Assembly: GCF_009914755.1 (NCBI RefSeq)
Contig: NC_060943.1
DNA length: 64,000 nucleotides
Reading direction: 5' to 3' (one strand)
Source of the DNA: the human T2T-CHM13v2.0 reference genome, Homo sapiens
Shown: one piece after another, positions 25,289 through 51,172 of the stretch
Position numbering within the stretch: the stretch's first letter is position 1
Layout: each line of letters opens with the position of its first letter
Notes under the pieces: model-generated
Told to the model about the DNA's origin: nothing
Database searches by the model: none
What the model saw: only the letters and a program-made list of their open reading frames with translations
Position numbers and translations under genes: made by a program

Positions 25289-26066
25289 TAAGGAGAGGGA
25301 GCCATCGTTTGGGGCTGGGTGGGGCTGGAGGGGAAGGGAGGGAGCAGGGGAAGAAGATGGGGTGGGTGAAAAGCAGGGTAGATGTTAAGAATTTTCCCGC
25401 ACACGGCGGCAGCCGCGGTTCCCCACGGCGGCCGCGTGAGGGCGCTCAGGGACAGGTCAGCCACGGAGGTAGAGCCGCCAGGTCTGGGGCTGTGAAGCAG
25501 GCAGGCCTCGCTGGGGAAGAAAGGGAGGCGCAGACCACGGGGGCTGCACACAGGAGCCACGCAACACTGGGGTCACTGGGGAGGGCCCCTGGCAGTGGCC
25601 ATGTGACCGCTTCTGAGCTGAGATTACTGATACAGCAAGAGCGAGGCTGCGGCTGTTTCCACCAGCTCTGAAGTTATTCAGATTTCAAGTGACACCAGCG
25701 GTGCGCGGTGGCTCACACCTGTGAGCACTTTGGGAGGCTGAGGCGGGAAGATCACTTGAGCTCAGGAGTTTGAGACCAGCCTGGGCAACATAGTGAGACT
25801 CCATCTCTACAAAAAAAAATTTTTTTTAATTAGCCTGGTGTGGTGTGGTGTAGTGGCGCTGGTGCCTGTAAATCCACCTACTCCTAAGGCTGAGATGGGG
25901 GGATCGCTTGAGCTCCAGCCTGAGCAGCATAGGGAGACTGCATCTCTACAAAAACGACTTTTTTTAAAACTAGCTAGGCATGGTATGGTGTGTGCCTGTA
26001 ATCCCAGCGACTCAGGAGGCTGAGGTGGGAGGATCACTTGAACCCAGGAATGTGAGGTTGCTGTGA

Positions 26067-26477
<411 letters not shown>

Positions 26478-26631
26478 TAGTGTGGCTGGGCTGGGCTGTG
26501 AGCGGCTGAGGATTCCCCAGGTTGGGAGTGCCACACATTCAGGAACCCCAGAGTTTATGGTTCGGGGGCATTTCAAGGCCGTTACATGGGGAGAATTTAG
26601 AGATTAATTTGATTTTTGAAAACAGAATCTA

Positions 26632-26790
<159 letters not shown>

Positions 26791-27501
26791 CTATGGAATT
26801 TATTTTAGTGATGGTGACATTTGAGGGCATCATCAAGCTTGGAGACATAGGGTGAGGGGTATTTGAGCATAAGAGGATTGAGGGAAGGCAGGGTTCATTC
26901 ATTCATTCAGCAAATATGTATCGAGCAGTTACTATGTATGAGGCGCTGTCCTAGTCACCTGAGGTTCAGCAGTGAACAGATAAAACAGACAAAAATCCCC
27001 TGAGTCCTGGGTCCAGAGGCTAGAATGAGGTGTGGACCTGGGGGAAATATACGCTCCAAGGCAGGAAACTTGTCTTCTTGGTCAGCTGTTCTCCCAGAAT
27101 GGCACCTGGCCCAGAGTCAGCAAGTGAGCAAGTGACAGGTTGTCGGTTTCAAGGGACTGAACCGGGTGTGGGATTCAGAGAGACAAGGCGGGGAGACAGG
27201 GTGGGGTTGGAAAAGGTCTCTTTTGGAGTATGCTGTACAGCAGGGGTGAGGGGAATGGGCTTGGGATGTGGGAGATTTTAGGAGGGAAGGTTTCTAGGGG
27301 TGAGATTTTAGGGAGCAGACAGGCTCGGGGGTGTGAAGTGTTTGCGGGGCCACTGAGTTTCAATGTGAGGGTTGGGAGAGGTAGTTGGGTTGGAGGGTGA
27401 GATGGGAAGAATAGGGTTTGGGAGACTGTTTAAGGGGGGTGGCAATTCAATGGTGTCTGATGTATTGCGGGGGAGGCCAGGGCACTGAGGTCTGGGGGTG
27501 A

Positions 27502-27984
<483 letters not shown>

Positions 27985-28123
27985 TAGGTTTTTTCAGCAT
28001 CAAAAGACCAGGGGTCAGCTGGGCACCGTGGCTCACAGCTGTAACACCAACACTTTGGGAGGATCAGTTGAGGCCAGCCATTTGCGACCAGCCTAGGTAA
28101 CATAGCACGACCCCATCTCTTTA

Positions 28124-28439
<316 letters not shown>

Positions 28440-28456
28440 TCAGAAGTTTCATGTCA

Positions 28457-28579
<123 letters not shown>

Positions 28580-28865
28580 TTAAAAAAAAAAAAAAAAAAA
28601 AAAGAAATATTTGTGTAAGGAAACAGGTTGTAGATCAGGGTCAACCTAGAAATCAGGAGCTGGGATCAGAGGCCAGGGTAAGGGGCCAGAGGCTGGGGTA
28701 AGAAGCCCATTCACAACCTTGGGGTCATAGCCAGAAATCACATAGTGAGGTAAGACTCTGGGTATGGGCCAGGTCAGAGGTTAAAGATTGGGGTCAGGGG
28801 TCATGCTAGTTAAGGGTGAGGTAACAGGCCAGGTGCAGTGGCTCACGCCTGTAATCCCAGCACTA

Positions 28866-29105
<240 letters not shown>

Positions 29106-29299
29106 TCAAAAAAAAAAAAAAAGTTAGGTAACAGGTGAGGCGTCTGTTGTTGGGGGTCAGAGGTCAGGGATTTGTGCCAGGCTGGGGTCACAGGATAGGG
29201 ACTGGGTCTTAGGTTCAGGTTAGGGGCTATGGCTGGGATCAGTGTTCAGGGACTATATCCAAGGTTAGGGTCAGGCTGGGGTCAAATGGCAGCTGCTAG

Positions 29300-29719
<420 letters not shown>

Positions 29720-29760
29720 TAGAAACTTCTTCCAATGCTCTGGCCCCACCAACCTTCTGA

Positions 29761-33058
<3,298 letters not shown>

Positions 33059-33084
33059 TCATCTGCATGGCCAGATGACCCTAG

Positions 33085-34055
<971 letters not shown>

Positions 34056-34093
34056 TAACCCTTCTTGTCTCTGTCTGCGGTCCGGTGAAGCAG

Positions 34094-34108
34094 GCGGGAG
34101 ATATACAG
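34094..34108 (+). CDS. RYR1: RYR1 exon 70, alternative micro-exon ASI (AGDIQ)
   Basis: cag|GCGGGAGATATACAG|gtcagc; 15 nt, frame-preserving; matches the known 5-aa ASI insert. Confidence 0.93.
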
Positions 34109-35463
34109 GTCAGCCCCACATCTGGGACCTTCCGCATGTCTCTTGGCTAATGCCCTCTTCCCCCAGCCTCTGCACGCCCCCGCCTCGAGAAAACCCCTGC
34201 TTCTGTTCCCCACCCCCGTCCTCCCCTCCCAGCCCCCACCCATCCTCCTTCCCTTCCCTTCCCTCCCCACCACCCCCATCCGTTCCCATCCCAACCCTCA
34301 GCTTTTGGCAATTTGACTTCTTTTCTTTTTCTTCTTTCCTTTTTTTTTTCTGGACTTTTGTTCCCAAAAAAAAAAAAAAAAAGAAAAAAAGAGCAACTCT
34401 CAGCTTTTACCAAAGCATCGTGGGCTGAGGTCAAGGGTAATGGGGGTGGGAGAGGCACACGGAGCATGGTTGGGGAGGGGGCAGCACCCTCGCCGTGCGG
34501 TGGTTTAAAGCTTGGGCTCTGGACTGTATGGACTGGGGTTAGAATCCTGTCTTGATAGTTAGCCGTGTGACCTTGGTTGGGGTCATCCTTTTGAGCCTCT
34601 GAGGGCATCCAGCCAGCAGCCCCCACCCCAGGGCTCTGCGAGGACTCAGGGAGAAGCTGCATGTGTGGCCTGCAGCAGTGCCTGGCACAGGGGTCATGCT
34701 CAAAGTTGCCAGCCGGCGTGGATGTGGCTCTGCCCAAAAGCTTGTCATCAGGGCTTCTCGCTGGCGTGACTGGGGTGGCCCTGGCCCCGGGTCTGCACCC
34801 AAGGCTCCAGAACACGGCTGTGGGACTCTGTGCCCTGTGTCTCTGCTTCCAGATCTTTCTGGATGTCTCTTGCATCTTTGGTCTTCCTGTCTCCTTGTCT
34901 TTTTCAGTCTCTCAGTGTCTTTTTCTTGCAACTTCTCTTGTCGCTTGAACTCTTTGTGGACCTGCATCTTTGTTTCATTCTTGAGAACTTGGTTTTGGGA
35001 TGTGAAGTGTGGGGTTGTGCATGCTGTGGAGGGGGTATTGTACTGGGGTTCCTAGGGGATTCTGGAAGAGGACTGCTAGAAGTTGAGACAGGCCCAGAAC
35101 GGGGGAAAATCTGGATGGGCCTGGGTTAGAAATTGGAGCCAGGCAAGCATGGTGGTATGTGCCTGTAGTCCCAGCTACTTGGGAGGCTGAGGCAGGAGGA
35201 TCACTTGAAGCCAAGAGTTCAAGTCCAGCCTGGGCAACATGGCAAGACACCATCTCTAAAAATAAATTTGTTTAAAAAACAAGAAACTGGGAATTTGGGT
35301 TGTGGACTTGGGTCTGGAGGGTCTCCGGTCATGGCTGTGGGCCTGAAGTGTAGAGTCAGCAAGTCTGGGGTGGAAATTGAGGTGTCGTCGGCAGTTGGGG
35401 AGGGAGTGCCTGGTGTCCAGACTGGGGCCTGGGGTGTGGATGATGGCCGCGGGTTGGGGCTGA

Positions 35464-35751
<288 letters not shown>

Positions 35752-37148
35752 TAGGGAACAACCACAATGCCACTGAGCCCCCCAGGTCCCTGGGAGCCTT
35801 CCCTTCAGACCCCACTGAGTTCTTTTCCGGGATGCTGAGGACTCACTGTGCCCCTGGGATGCCCTGAGGACCCCGTTCAAGATATTGCCAGGGCACCACA
35901 GACCTAAGAGCCCTCACTGAAACCTAGAAAAGCTCTAGGACCCCTGGGACCCGCATGAGGACTGCAGGACCCCACTGCCCCCCCACCGGACCATGCCAAA
36001 CCTGCTGAGACCCTGAGAGTCCCCCCAACAAGATGAGCCCCTGAGATCCTCTGAACCCTCCACCAAGGCCCCTTCAAGCCCCTTGGGACCTACTGAGACC
36101 CTCATGACCCCTCCTTCCCTCCCTGCCAAGACTGAACCTCTGGGTTCCTGCTGAGCCCTTGGCTCACCATCCCTTTCCTTCAGGACCCTGCTGACACCTG
36201 GGCCCTGTTGAAGCCCAACTAAGCCCCCAAGACTCTCAGGGGCTCAGGGAGCCCTGCGACCCTGCATAACTCCCCAGGATCCATGAACCCCAAGCCCGGG
36301 ACTGTACCCAAACCTCTGAGGTCTCAACTGTCCTGGAGACCAAAATACCCGGGCTGTAGAACCTCTTAAGCTTGCTGGGATATCAAGGAGGCCTCCCGGG
36401 ACCCCACTTACCCCTTGTGTGGGACAACAAGGACAATCTCCCTCCTCTCCGATCCTTTCCAGCTTCAGGGACTCTAAGGAACCCTCCCAGGATTCTGCCC
36501 CAAGACCCCTATAGCCCTCCCCCCAGGACCACACCAACACCCTGACAACCTACTAACCCCCTGGACCCCTAAAGACCACCGACTTCTCCCCTGCTACCAC
36601 CAGGACACCCCTTCCCTCAGAACCTCAGGCACCTCCCAGGACTGCTGAGTCCTGCCAGGACGCCAGAGAGCCCTCCAGGGCTCCATGGACCCCTCACCTT
36701 GGTCCTTGAGGGCTCCCCGTCCTAGAACCCCAGTGAACCCCCACCCTGCTGATGCCCCCTTTGGCCCCTGTGTAACCAGTGACTCCGTTGACCTACGTGA
36801 TCCCCCATGACCTCTGCTGACCCCTTCTGATCTTCAAAGACTCCCTGCCCCACTCTGACCCCCCAGTCATCCCTCTTTGGCCATATTTGACCTTTGATGA
36901 GATCCTCTTGTCACCCTTTGCCTCTTCCCAGACCTCCACGAGGCCCCTCGAATCCTTACTGTATCTTCAAGGTGACTCTGTGACCCTCCGGCCCCTCTAG
37001 GACCCCTTCTGACCCCGTCAACCTCTGCATCCTTTTGTTTCTCTCAGACCCCCACCCCCACCCCAGAAAAACCTCTTCAGTTCCTGGGGTGCTGGGCCTG
37101 GAAGGAAAGGGTTGTGGGTCAGGAAGGAGGATGGGACCTCCAGAGTGA

Positions 37149-37298
<150 letters not shown>

Positions 37299-37338
37299 TG
37301 AGCATTTACCAAAGACCAGGCATTGAAGAAAGACCTCA

Positions 37339-38599
<1,261 letters not shown>

Positions 38600-38602
38600 T
38601 AA

Positions 38603-38980
<378 letters not shown>

Positions 38981-39019
38981 TAGAAATGCCAGCTCCTGGC
39001 TTGAGTAGAACCAAAGTAG

Positions 39020-39238
<219 letters not shown>

Positions 39239-39398
39239 TGAAGACTCTTGCCAGGGCCCCAGAAATGCCCCCAAGGTCCTGGGGCCACCCCCAGCCCAGC
39301 AGCTTCCCTGTGCCTCAGGAGAGGCCCTCCAGGTCCTGGGGGAGCCCAAGACAGACGGATCTTTAAATATCACTTTGCTGGTCAGGCACGGTGGCTCA

Positions 39399-39694
<296 letters not shown>

Positions 39695-40632
39695 CTAGGA
39701 CAGGCACAGCCAACATACACCGTTGCATGGCTGAACACTTCACAAGGGCATGTCTGAGGGGTTCGTATCACAGACAATGTAGATTAACTAGGCTTTTCTA
39801 GAAGAAAGTGTCTTGCTCAAATAAAATCAGTATATTATGAAAAAAATCCATATGTATGACAAATTTCCAACAGACAGAAGTAGTGGGGAGGTTTTCTGTA
39901 ATTCCCTCAAAAGCTTCATGTAGGCTAATGACAGGCTTAGTAATAAATAATTGTGATGCAGATGGCGCAGCTGCTGCCGCTGCTGCTGACAGTAGCAGGC
40001 AGCCATTCATCAAATGCTTATTATGTGTCAGGCACCAAGCTAAGCGGGGATATCTATATCCTCTCACTTAACCGCCACACTGTGAGACGGATTATTGCAT
40101 CTCCTTTGTGTGGATAAGGGAATGAAGGCACAGGGATTTATTTTTCATTTTGTTTATTTATTTATTTATTTATTTTTGAGATGGAGTCTCGCTCTGTCAC
40201 CCAGGCTGGAGTGCAGTGGCACAATCTCAGCTCACTGCAACCTCCGCCTCCCAGGTTCAAGCAAGTGGGATTACAGGCGCCCACCACTACGCCCAGCTAA
40301 TTTTTGTATTTTTAGTAGAGACGGGCTTTCACCATGTTGGCCATGCTTGTCTCAAACTCCTGACCTCAAGTGATCTTCCCGCCTTGGCCTCTCAAAGTGC
40401 TGGGACTACAGGCGTGAGCCACTGCACCTGGCCTACTTTTTTATTTTTTGAGAAGATCTTGCTCTTCTTGCCCAGGCTGGAATGCAGTGTCATATCATAG
40501 CTCATTGCAGCTCAGACCCCCCACTCCACATCACCCCAGGCTCAAGAGATCCTCCTGCCTCAACCTCCTGAGTAGCTGGGACTACAGGCACGTGCCTCCA
40601 TGCCTGGCTATTTTTTTTTTTTTTTCTGGTAG

Positions 40633-40767
<135 letters not shown>

Positions 40768-40906
40768 TAACGTGAAGTCAAGAGCTAAAGACTTCAGGAC
40801 TGGGCAGTGGCACAGGGACACTGACAGGGGCCCAGGGTCTTTCTAGCTTTCTGCTCTGCCCTTCTTAGCTTTTGTCTGTAGTCCTGGGTGGATGCTGCAC
40901 TTCTAG

Positions 40907-41337
<431 letters not shown>

Positions 41338-42247
41338 TGAGCTTCCACACAGATCTCATTGGCCAGAAATTCTGACATAAGGCCATCTCGGGCTGCAAGG
41401 TGATGAAGAATTTGAGCATCCCATTTTGCATCCTGTGGGAGAGCGATGGCTCTGGAGTTTGGCCATCCAAGTTGAGTCCCAGCGCAAGCTGTGTGATCCC
41501 AGCCGAGAAGGGTCTTTGTATCTTAGTTCCCCCACCGATAAAATAGGGCTATTAACATACCCACCCAATTGGATGACTGTGAGGGTCAGTTTGTTAATAT
41601 ATACAAGGCACCTAGAACAGGCACTGACATGGTGTTAGTGTAAACACTCAGCAGGTGTTGGCCATTGTAGAGGAGACCCAAGCAGAAAGGGATTGGCCAT
41701 ACTTGTTATTGAGCTGACAGGTGGCAAGATGGCTCTGGGAGCTCCAGCCTTCCATCACTCCATTTTAGCATCCCCAGTGGAAAGGGAGTGCCTCCACCAT
41801 TAGCTCCAGCAAACCTCACTGAATGGGCCAGGCGCGGTGGCTCACACCTGTAATTCCAGTACTTTGGGAGGCCAGGAGTTTGAGACCAGCCTGGGCAACA
41901 TAGCAAGACCCTGTCTCTACAAAAAAATGGAAAAATTAGCCAGGTGTGTTGGTATGTGCCTGTAGTCCCAACTACTCAGGAGGCTGATGTGGGAGATCAC
42001 TTGAGCCTGGGAGGTTGAGGCTGCAGTAAGCCTTGATGGCACCACTGCACTCCAGCTTGGCCAACAGAGCAAGACCCTGTCTCAAGAACAAAATAAACAA
42101 ACAAAACAACTCCCAGAATGGATTTTACTGGACAGCATGGACAACATGACCATTTCTTACCTGTCATCATGGCCACACAGATAAAAGTCCTCATCGGCCA
42201 TGCATTTGTCACAAGCCACCCTGGCAATGGCCACTCCAGCCACCTGA

Positions 42248-42538
<291 letters not shown>

Positions 42539-42668
42539 TGATCTGCCTGCCTCAGCCTCCCAGAGTGTTGGGATTACAGGCATGAGCCACCGCACCCTGC
42601 CCAGAAGCTCTTATAAGATGGGGGTCCTCTCCACCGGGTCCTGACCACTCCCCTGCTTACTTCCCCAG

Positions 42669-42720
42669 CAAACTGGATGAGGATTACCTGTACATGGCCT
42701 ATGCTGATATCATGGCAAAG
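42669..42720 (+). CDS. RYR1: RYR1 exon 77 (KLDEDYLYMAYADIMAK)
   Basis: cag|C...AAG|gtgagg; 52 nt. Confidence 0.96.
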
Positions 42721-42849
42721 GTGAGGCCCTACCCCCCTCTTCTGGGGCAGATTTCCCTCTCCCCACCTGCAGTGCTTGTCCACAAAAAGGGCTGGGGCGG
42801 GATGGAGGGGTCTGCTTTGTTCATCCCTTAACTGATGCCCCCTCCCCAG

Positions 42850-42915
42850 AGCTGCCACCTGGAGGAGGGAGGGGAGAACGGTGAAGCTGAAGAGGAGGTT
42901 GAGGTCTCCTTTGAG
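42850..42915 (+). CDS. RYR1: RYR1 exon 78 (SCHLEEGGENGEAEEEVEVSFE)
   Basis: cag|AGC...GAG|gtaggt; 66 nt. Confidence 0.96.
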
Positions 42916-43097
42916 GTAGGTGGGCTCAGGAGGTCCTGGAGGGAAGGGATGGGGGACCCTGACTGCAGTCATCTCCCATTCATTCAGCATGTGTTCACAG
43001 AGCAAAGCTCTGGGGACACAGCAGTGACCAAGTCAGTCCACTGGGGAGACAGATACACCCGCCAAACTAACACCACGGAGTGTACACCATGGTCATG

Positions 43098-43250
43098 GGG
43101 GAAGCTCAGGCAGAGGGGTCAGGGCTGGAATTGGGGAGGCTCAGGCAGAGGGGTCAGGGCTGGGATTGAGGAGGCTCAGGCAGAGGGGTCAGGGTTGGGA
43201 TGATGGGGATACAGGCAGAGGGGTCAGGGCCAAGATGGGGGAACCTCAGG
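43098..43250 (+). repeat. about 4.4 x 35-bp minisatellite (GGGGAGGCTCAGGCAGAGGGGTCAGGGCTGGGATT)
   Basis: cagaggggtc recurs at 43111, 43146, 43181, 43216. Confidence 0.9.
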
Positions 43251-43494
43251 GGGATAAAGCAGCCCAAACAAGGTGCCTGACCCAGCCTGCAGGAAAATGT
43301 ATCAGGGAGGGCTTCTCGGAGGAGGGGACTTCTGAGCAGAAGGATAAAAGGAGCCTGCCAGTTGAAGAAAAAGAGAAAAATGTTCTACGTAGGGAGAATA
43401 GTATATGCCAAGGCCAGGCAGCAAGAAAGAGCTAGTAAACATGCAATTCACCGATCCATTCATTCATTGAGACAGTTAGCAAGCATTTACTTCA

Positions 43495-44675
<1,181 letters not shown>

Positions 44676-44838
44676 CATGCCCAGCTCTGATTTATGTAGA
44701 TCTTGCCTAATGCCTAGCCCCGTGCTAGGTACAGGAGATACATCGAGGGTGTGAGCCCCAGGGGATGGAGGGAGCTCATGGTTGAAGGAGTGAGTTGTGG
44801 ATGTGGCTGGAACAGGGAGGGCAGAAGTGAGAATGTGA

Positions 44839-45042
<204 letters not shown>

Positions 45043-45219
45043 TAACCTCACTCCTCCTGGCTCGCCCATTCCCTGTGGACCCATTTGCCGCCCCTCAATG
45101 CCTGTGGTTTGCACGCACACCCCAGCCCTTGCAGCTTCCCCTTGTATACCTGCCTTGCAATTTCTCACTCATCCTTCAATCACGATCACCCCTGCATGCA
45201 CACCTTGGCACACTCTTAA

Positions 45220-45572
<353 letters not shown>

Positions 45573-46017
45573 TAGGTTCGAGTGGACCTCTTCTTGTTAA
45601 GCTGTGTTTGGTGCCACTGCCACCCCACTCCTGGTACCATTTCCAGTTCTGATTCTGCTCTTTCAGTCCAGGGAAAGAGACTCACTCAGAATCGCTCAAA
45701 TAACAGGGAATTTATTATAAGAATTAATGTAGAACAATAAGGGAGGCAAAATGTCATAGACTTGAAGAATGAGTTGCATTATGAATTCCAGACAGTGGAA
45801 CCAAAAACTTGAGAATTTAAGGGGAACTTGGCAGTGGGAGATTTAGGAGCTCTCTGATGATCCCAATTAATCTGCCTCTACTGTTGTCTGCCTTTATTCA
45901 CCTCTTGCTGCCGGCTGATTTTTCCTACCCTCTGCAGCTTTTGCTAAATGGGTGGTTTCTGGTTCCTCATTATTTCAGCTTGCGCATGGTTCATCCTGGC
46001 CCAACCATATGTCCTAG

Positions 46018-46587
<570 letters not shown>

Positions 46588-46639
46588 TAATCGCGTCTCC
46601 TCTTTGCCGTGTTGTGACGTGTCTAACCTTTCTACCCGG

Positions 46640-46912
46640 ATCCTCGCTCCTGCCTTTCTACCTCTATGTCTTCATCTCTCTCTCTCCCTCTCCATCCTCT
46701 TCTTTCATTCCCTCTGCTTTTACCCTCATTTCCTACCCTCTTCCCTGCTAATCCATTTCCTTCTGTCTCCTTATCACTCTGCCTTTCTCTCTGTGGGTTG
46801 TTCCTCTCTCTCTGTGTGTCTTTCTGTGTCTCTGTCCCTGACTGTCATTGTGTGTGTTTGCGGTCTGTCTCCCTCTCTTTTTCTCTCTTTTCTCCTGCTT
46901 CCTCCTCCCATC
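46640..46912 (+). repeat. about 270-bp CT-rich polypyrimidine tract upstream of the ASII exon
   Basis: direct read. Confidence 0.88.
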
Positions 46913-46928
46913 CTGTTGGCTGCCCCAG

Positions 46929-46946
46929 TCATCAATCGCCAGAACG
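46929..46946 (+). CDS. RYR1: RYR1 exon 83, alternative micro-exon ASII (VINRQN)
   Basis: cag|TCATCAATCGCCAGAACG|gtaatt; 18 nt, frame-preserving; matches the known 6-aa ASII insert. Confidence 0.93.
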
Positions 46947-47336
46947 GTAATTCCCCCAGCCCACCCCCGTGCTGTGCTGCTGTCACCCACCCCTCCTAAC
47001 CCCGTCCACCCCTCCACCTAGGGGCTGAGGATCTGGGACGTGGAGGGGAGGGAGGGACCCTTCAGCAGGTGCACCCTGCCAGTGCAAAACCTGGAGATCA
47101 GGAGTCTGGGGAGCATGATTCAGGTCCCAGATCAGCCACTGAGAATACATGGGCCTGTGAACAAGTCTCTTACCTTCCCTAAGCTTCACTTTCCCCATGT
47201 GTGAAGCAGAAGCTAGAGAACATGGTAAAGATCTCTTTCCAGCTGGATATTGTCGGACTTCCAGACCCAGATTCGCAGTCCCGGTGTGGAGTGATCCCCA
47301 CTCCCACCTACTCTGCTCTCTGCACCCCGACCTCAG

Positions 47337-47631
47337 ATTGGTCAGTCAGCGTTTCCCATCCACCAACCGAATTGGTTGCCTCCGGCATCCACTCTGATTG
47401 GTGTGCGCCTGCCTCCTCTGCGCCTGCCTCCTCTGTGCCTGCTCTGGTTGGCCCATTTGCGGTCTAGCCTCCTCCCCTACCGCCCACCATGATTTGCTTC
47501 TTTCAGATGCCCATTCTGATTGGCCCTTGTTTACACGCCTCCCCTGTGCTACTCCTGGATTGGCTGCTTTCAAGGCATCTGGGCCAATTGGCTGGCTTTC
47601 AATCCCCATCCCTTATCCCTCCCAGCCCAAT
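47337..47631. promoter_or_regulatory. CCAAT-box cluster (8 sites), candidate NF-Y element
   Basis: ATTGG at 47337, 47371, 47397, 47519, 47559, 47587; CCAAT at 47584, 47627. Confidence 0.4.
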
Positions 47632-47712
47632 CTTCCCCTGCCCAGAGCCTTTGTGTGAAGGTGACCCAAACCCCCATAATCCATTAACCTCCACGGTCTG
47701 AAGGGGGGCTGA

Positions 47713-48628
<916 letters not shown>

Positions 48629-50505
48629 TCATCTCCTCTGGCCAGTCCAATTCCCCAAAAGCAACCTGCCAAAAACCAATTTGGCCAAAAATCAATTTGC
48701 CCAAATGGACAATTTGTCACATGCTATTTTCCCACAGGCGCTCTGCAGTGGCTGCCAAAGTTCTATACACGTGGTGGATTTCTGTACTTTAGGTCCAGAA
48801 AAGACCTAAGGGAAAAAACTGCCTGGCATTTAAAAATAAATCTATTAGAATCACTTGTTTATTTTGCTTATAAAATCTTTGCAGAGGAAAGATCTGTACA
48901 AAGGCCTACAGATTCTTTCCTATCTTAAGCAAGAGTTTTGTTTTGTTGTGGTTCAGCCAATTTAACAAGATTGAGGATGACAGCAAATTAATTACACAAC
49001 ATCAATGATGAGAAATGCAGTCTCATGCAGCAAACCTAGCTTACAACTTTACAGAACAGACAAAATTCTGCACAAAAAACATTCTACCCAATGCCATTTC
49101 CTATAACAAACATGTACAGTCTCAAGATTGTGGTTATAACCTTTAGCAGGTGATTAGGAAACCACAGACTACCCGGAAATCAACTTTCGTGACAAGAATT
49201 GGAGTAATTAGTAATCTTACTTCCATAGAACCTTCACCCACTTGGTTAGTGCTCTTTAAGGTAACTGATTTGTAAATATCTTTAATCTTCATTCTTTTTC
49301 TTTCAACAAAGGATAAAGTATGATCTCTTTGTCTTGAATTTTCAAAAGCTCTTGTGTCCACAACGAGTTTTTCAAGGTTTATTAAATACCTTTGTGCCAT
49401 GGGACTAAGATTTTTTCTTTTTTTTTTTTTTTTTTTTAGACAGAGTCTCACTCTTGTCGCCCAGACTGGAGTGCAGTGGTGTGATCACAGCTCGCTGCAA
49501 CCTCTGCCTCCTGGGCTCAAGTAATCCACCCCTCAGCCTCCCGAGTATCCAGGACTACAGGCATGCATCACCATGTCTGGCTAAGTTTTTTATTTTTTGT
49601 AGAGATGAGATCTCACTGTGTTGCCCAGGGGATCTCAAACTCCTGGATTCAAGCAATCCTCCTGCCTTGGCCTCCTAAAATGCTGGGATTACAGGTGTGA
49701 GCCACCATACCCAGCCGGGACTAAGATTTTCATTCTTTAATTTTAACTAAGATGGAATCAGTCTTTGGGTTTAAAATAAATTTTATTCCTCAGGAATATG
49801 AAGTTTTGAAAATGAGAATGTTGTTATGAAAGGGATTGCTGTCTCCCAACATATTTGCAACCCAGTCCTCGCCTAAATTCATGACCTAATCAAATAGATA
49901 TTTGAAATATCTTTCAAATCTCAGACCCCTTGCATGTCTTGAGGAGTCAGTGCTATTCAAAGCAGACAAAAGGTTTGTCTCTCACTTATTTGCACATGTC
50001 TATAACAGGTGTTGTCAGTTGCCAGAATTTTTTTTACAGGAGCTGTGTATCTTTTATTTTTGCATATAGCCCAATTTAAATTAACACAATTTAATTTAAC
50101 AATTTAAATTAACACAAATAAAGGAGTTAGAAAGCAGGGTTGATGGGAAAACCTGTACCTTTGCTTATAAAATTTTGAATATTTGAGTATGCTTTGTCTA
50201 TGTCATGAAACTAGGCAAAATGGGCCTTCTGTTGAGCCAACCTGATAGAGCAATTGTGAACTGACTGTAAAAAAGTTAAGGGGAAAGAAAAACGGGGGGC
50301 AAAAATACTTTCAGGGGCTGTTAAAACCTTCCTGTGCAACATGATGTTGCTATAAACATTTAAAAGGACTTGGCTGGGCACTGTGGCTCATGCCTGTAAT
50401 CCCAGCACTTTAGGAGGCTGAGGCAGGAGGATCACTTGAGCCCAGCAGTTCAAGACAAGTCTGGGCAACATAAGGAGACCCTGTCTCTACCAAAAAAAAA
50501 AAAAA

Positions 50506-51172
50506 TCATATACTACAGTATAATAAACCTCCAATCATATACTACAGTATAATAAACCTCCAATCATATACTACAGTATAATAAACCTCCAATCATATAC
50601 TACAGTATAATAAACCTCCAATCATATACTACAGTATAATAAACCTCCAATCATATACTACAGTATAATAAACCTCCAATCATATACTACAGTGTAATAA
50701 ACCTCCAATCATATACTACAGTGTAATAAACCTCCAATCATATACTACAGTGTAATAAACCTCCAATCATATACTACAGTGTAATAAACCTCCAATCATA
50801 TACTACAGTGTAATAAACCTCCAATCATATACTACAGTGTAATAAACCTCCAATCATATACTACAGTGTAATAAACCTCCAATCATATACTACAGTGTAA
50901 TAAACCTCCAATCATATACTACAGTGTAATAAACCTCCAATCATATACTACAGTGTAATAAACCTCCAATCATATACTAAAGTGTAATAAACCTCCAATC
51001 ATATACTACAGTGTAATAAACCTCCAATCATATACTACAGTGTAATAAACCTCCAATCATATACTACAGTGTAATAAACCTCCAATCATATACTACAGTG
51101 TAATAAACCTCCAATCATATACTACAGTGTAATAAACCTCCAATCATATATTACAGTATAATAAACCCCCAA
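50506..51172 (+). repeat. minisatellite, 23 x 29 bp (TCATATACTACAGTRTAATAAACCTCCAA)
   Basis: 667 bp = 23 x 29; units 1-6 carry A, units 7-22 carry G, unit 17 has a C>A change, unit 23 is divergent. Confidence 0.98.

Noticed and set aside
50506-51172. CRISPR-like array of 29-bp repeats
   Set aside because: Units are contiguous with no unique spacers, there are no cas genes, and the context is a primate intron.
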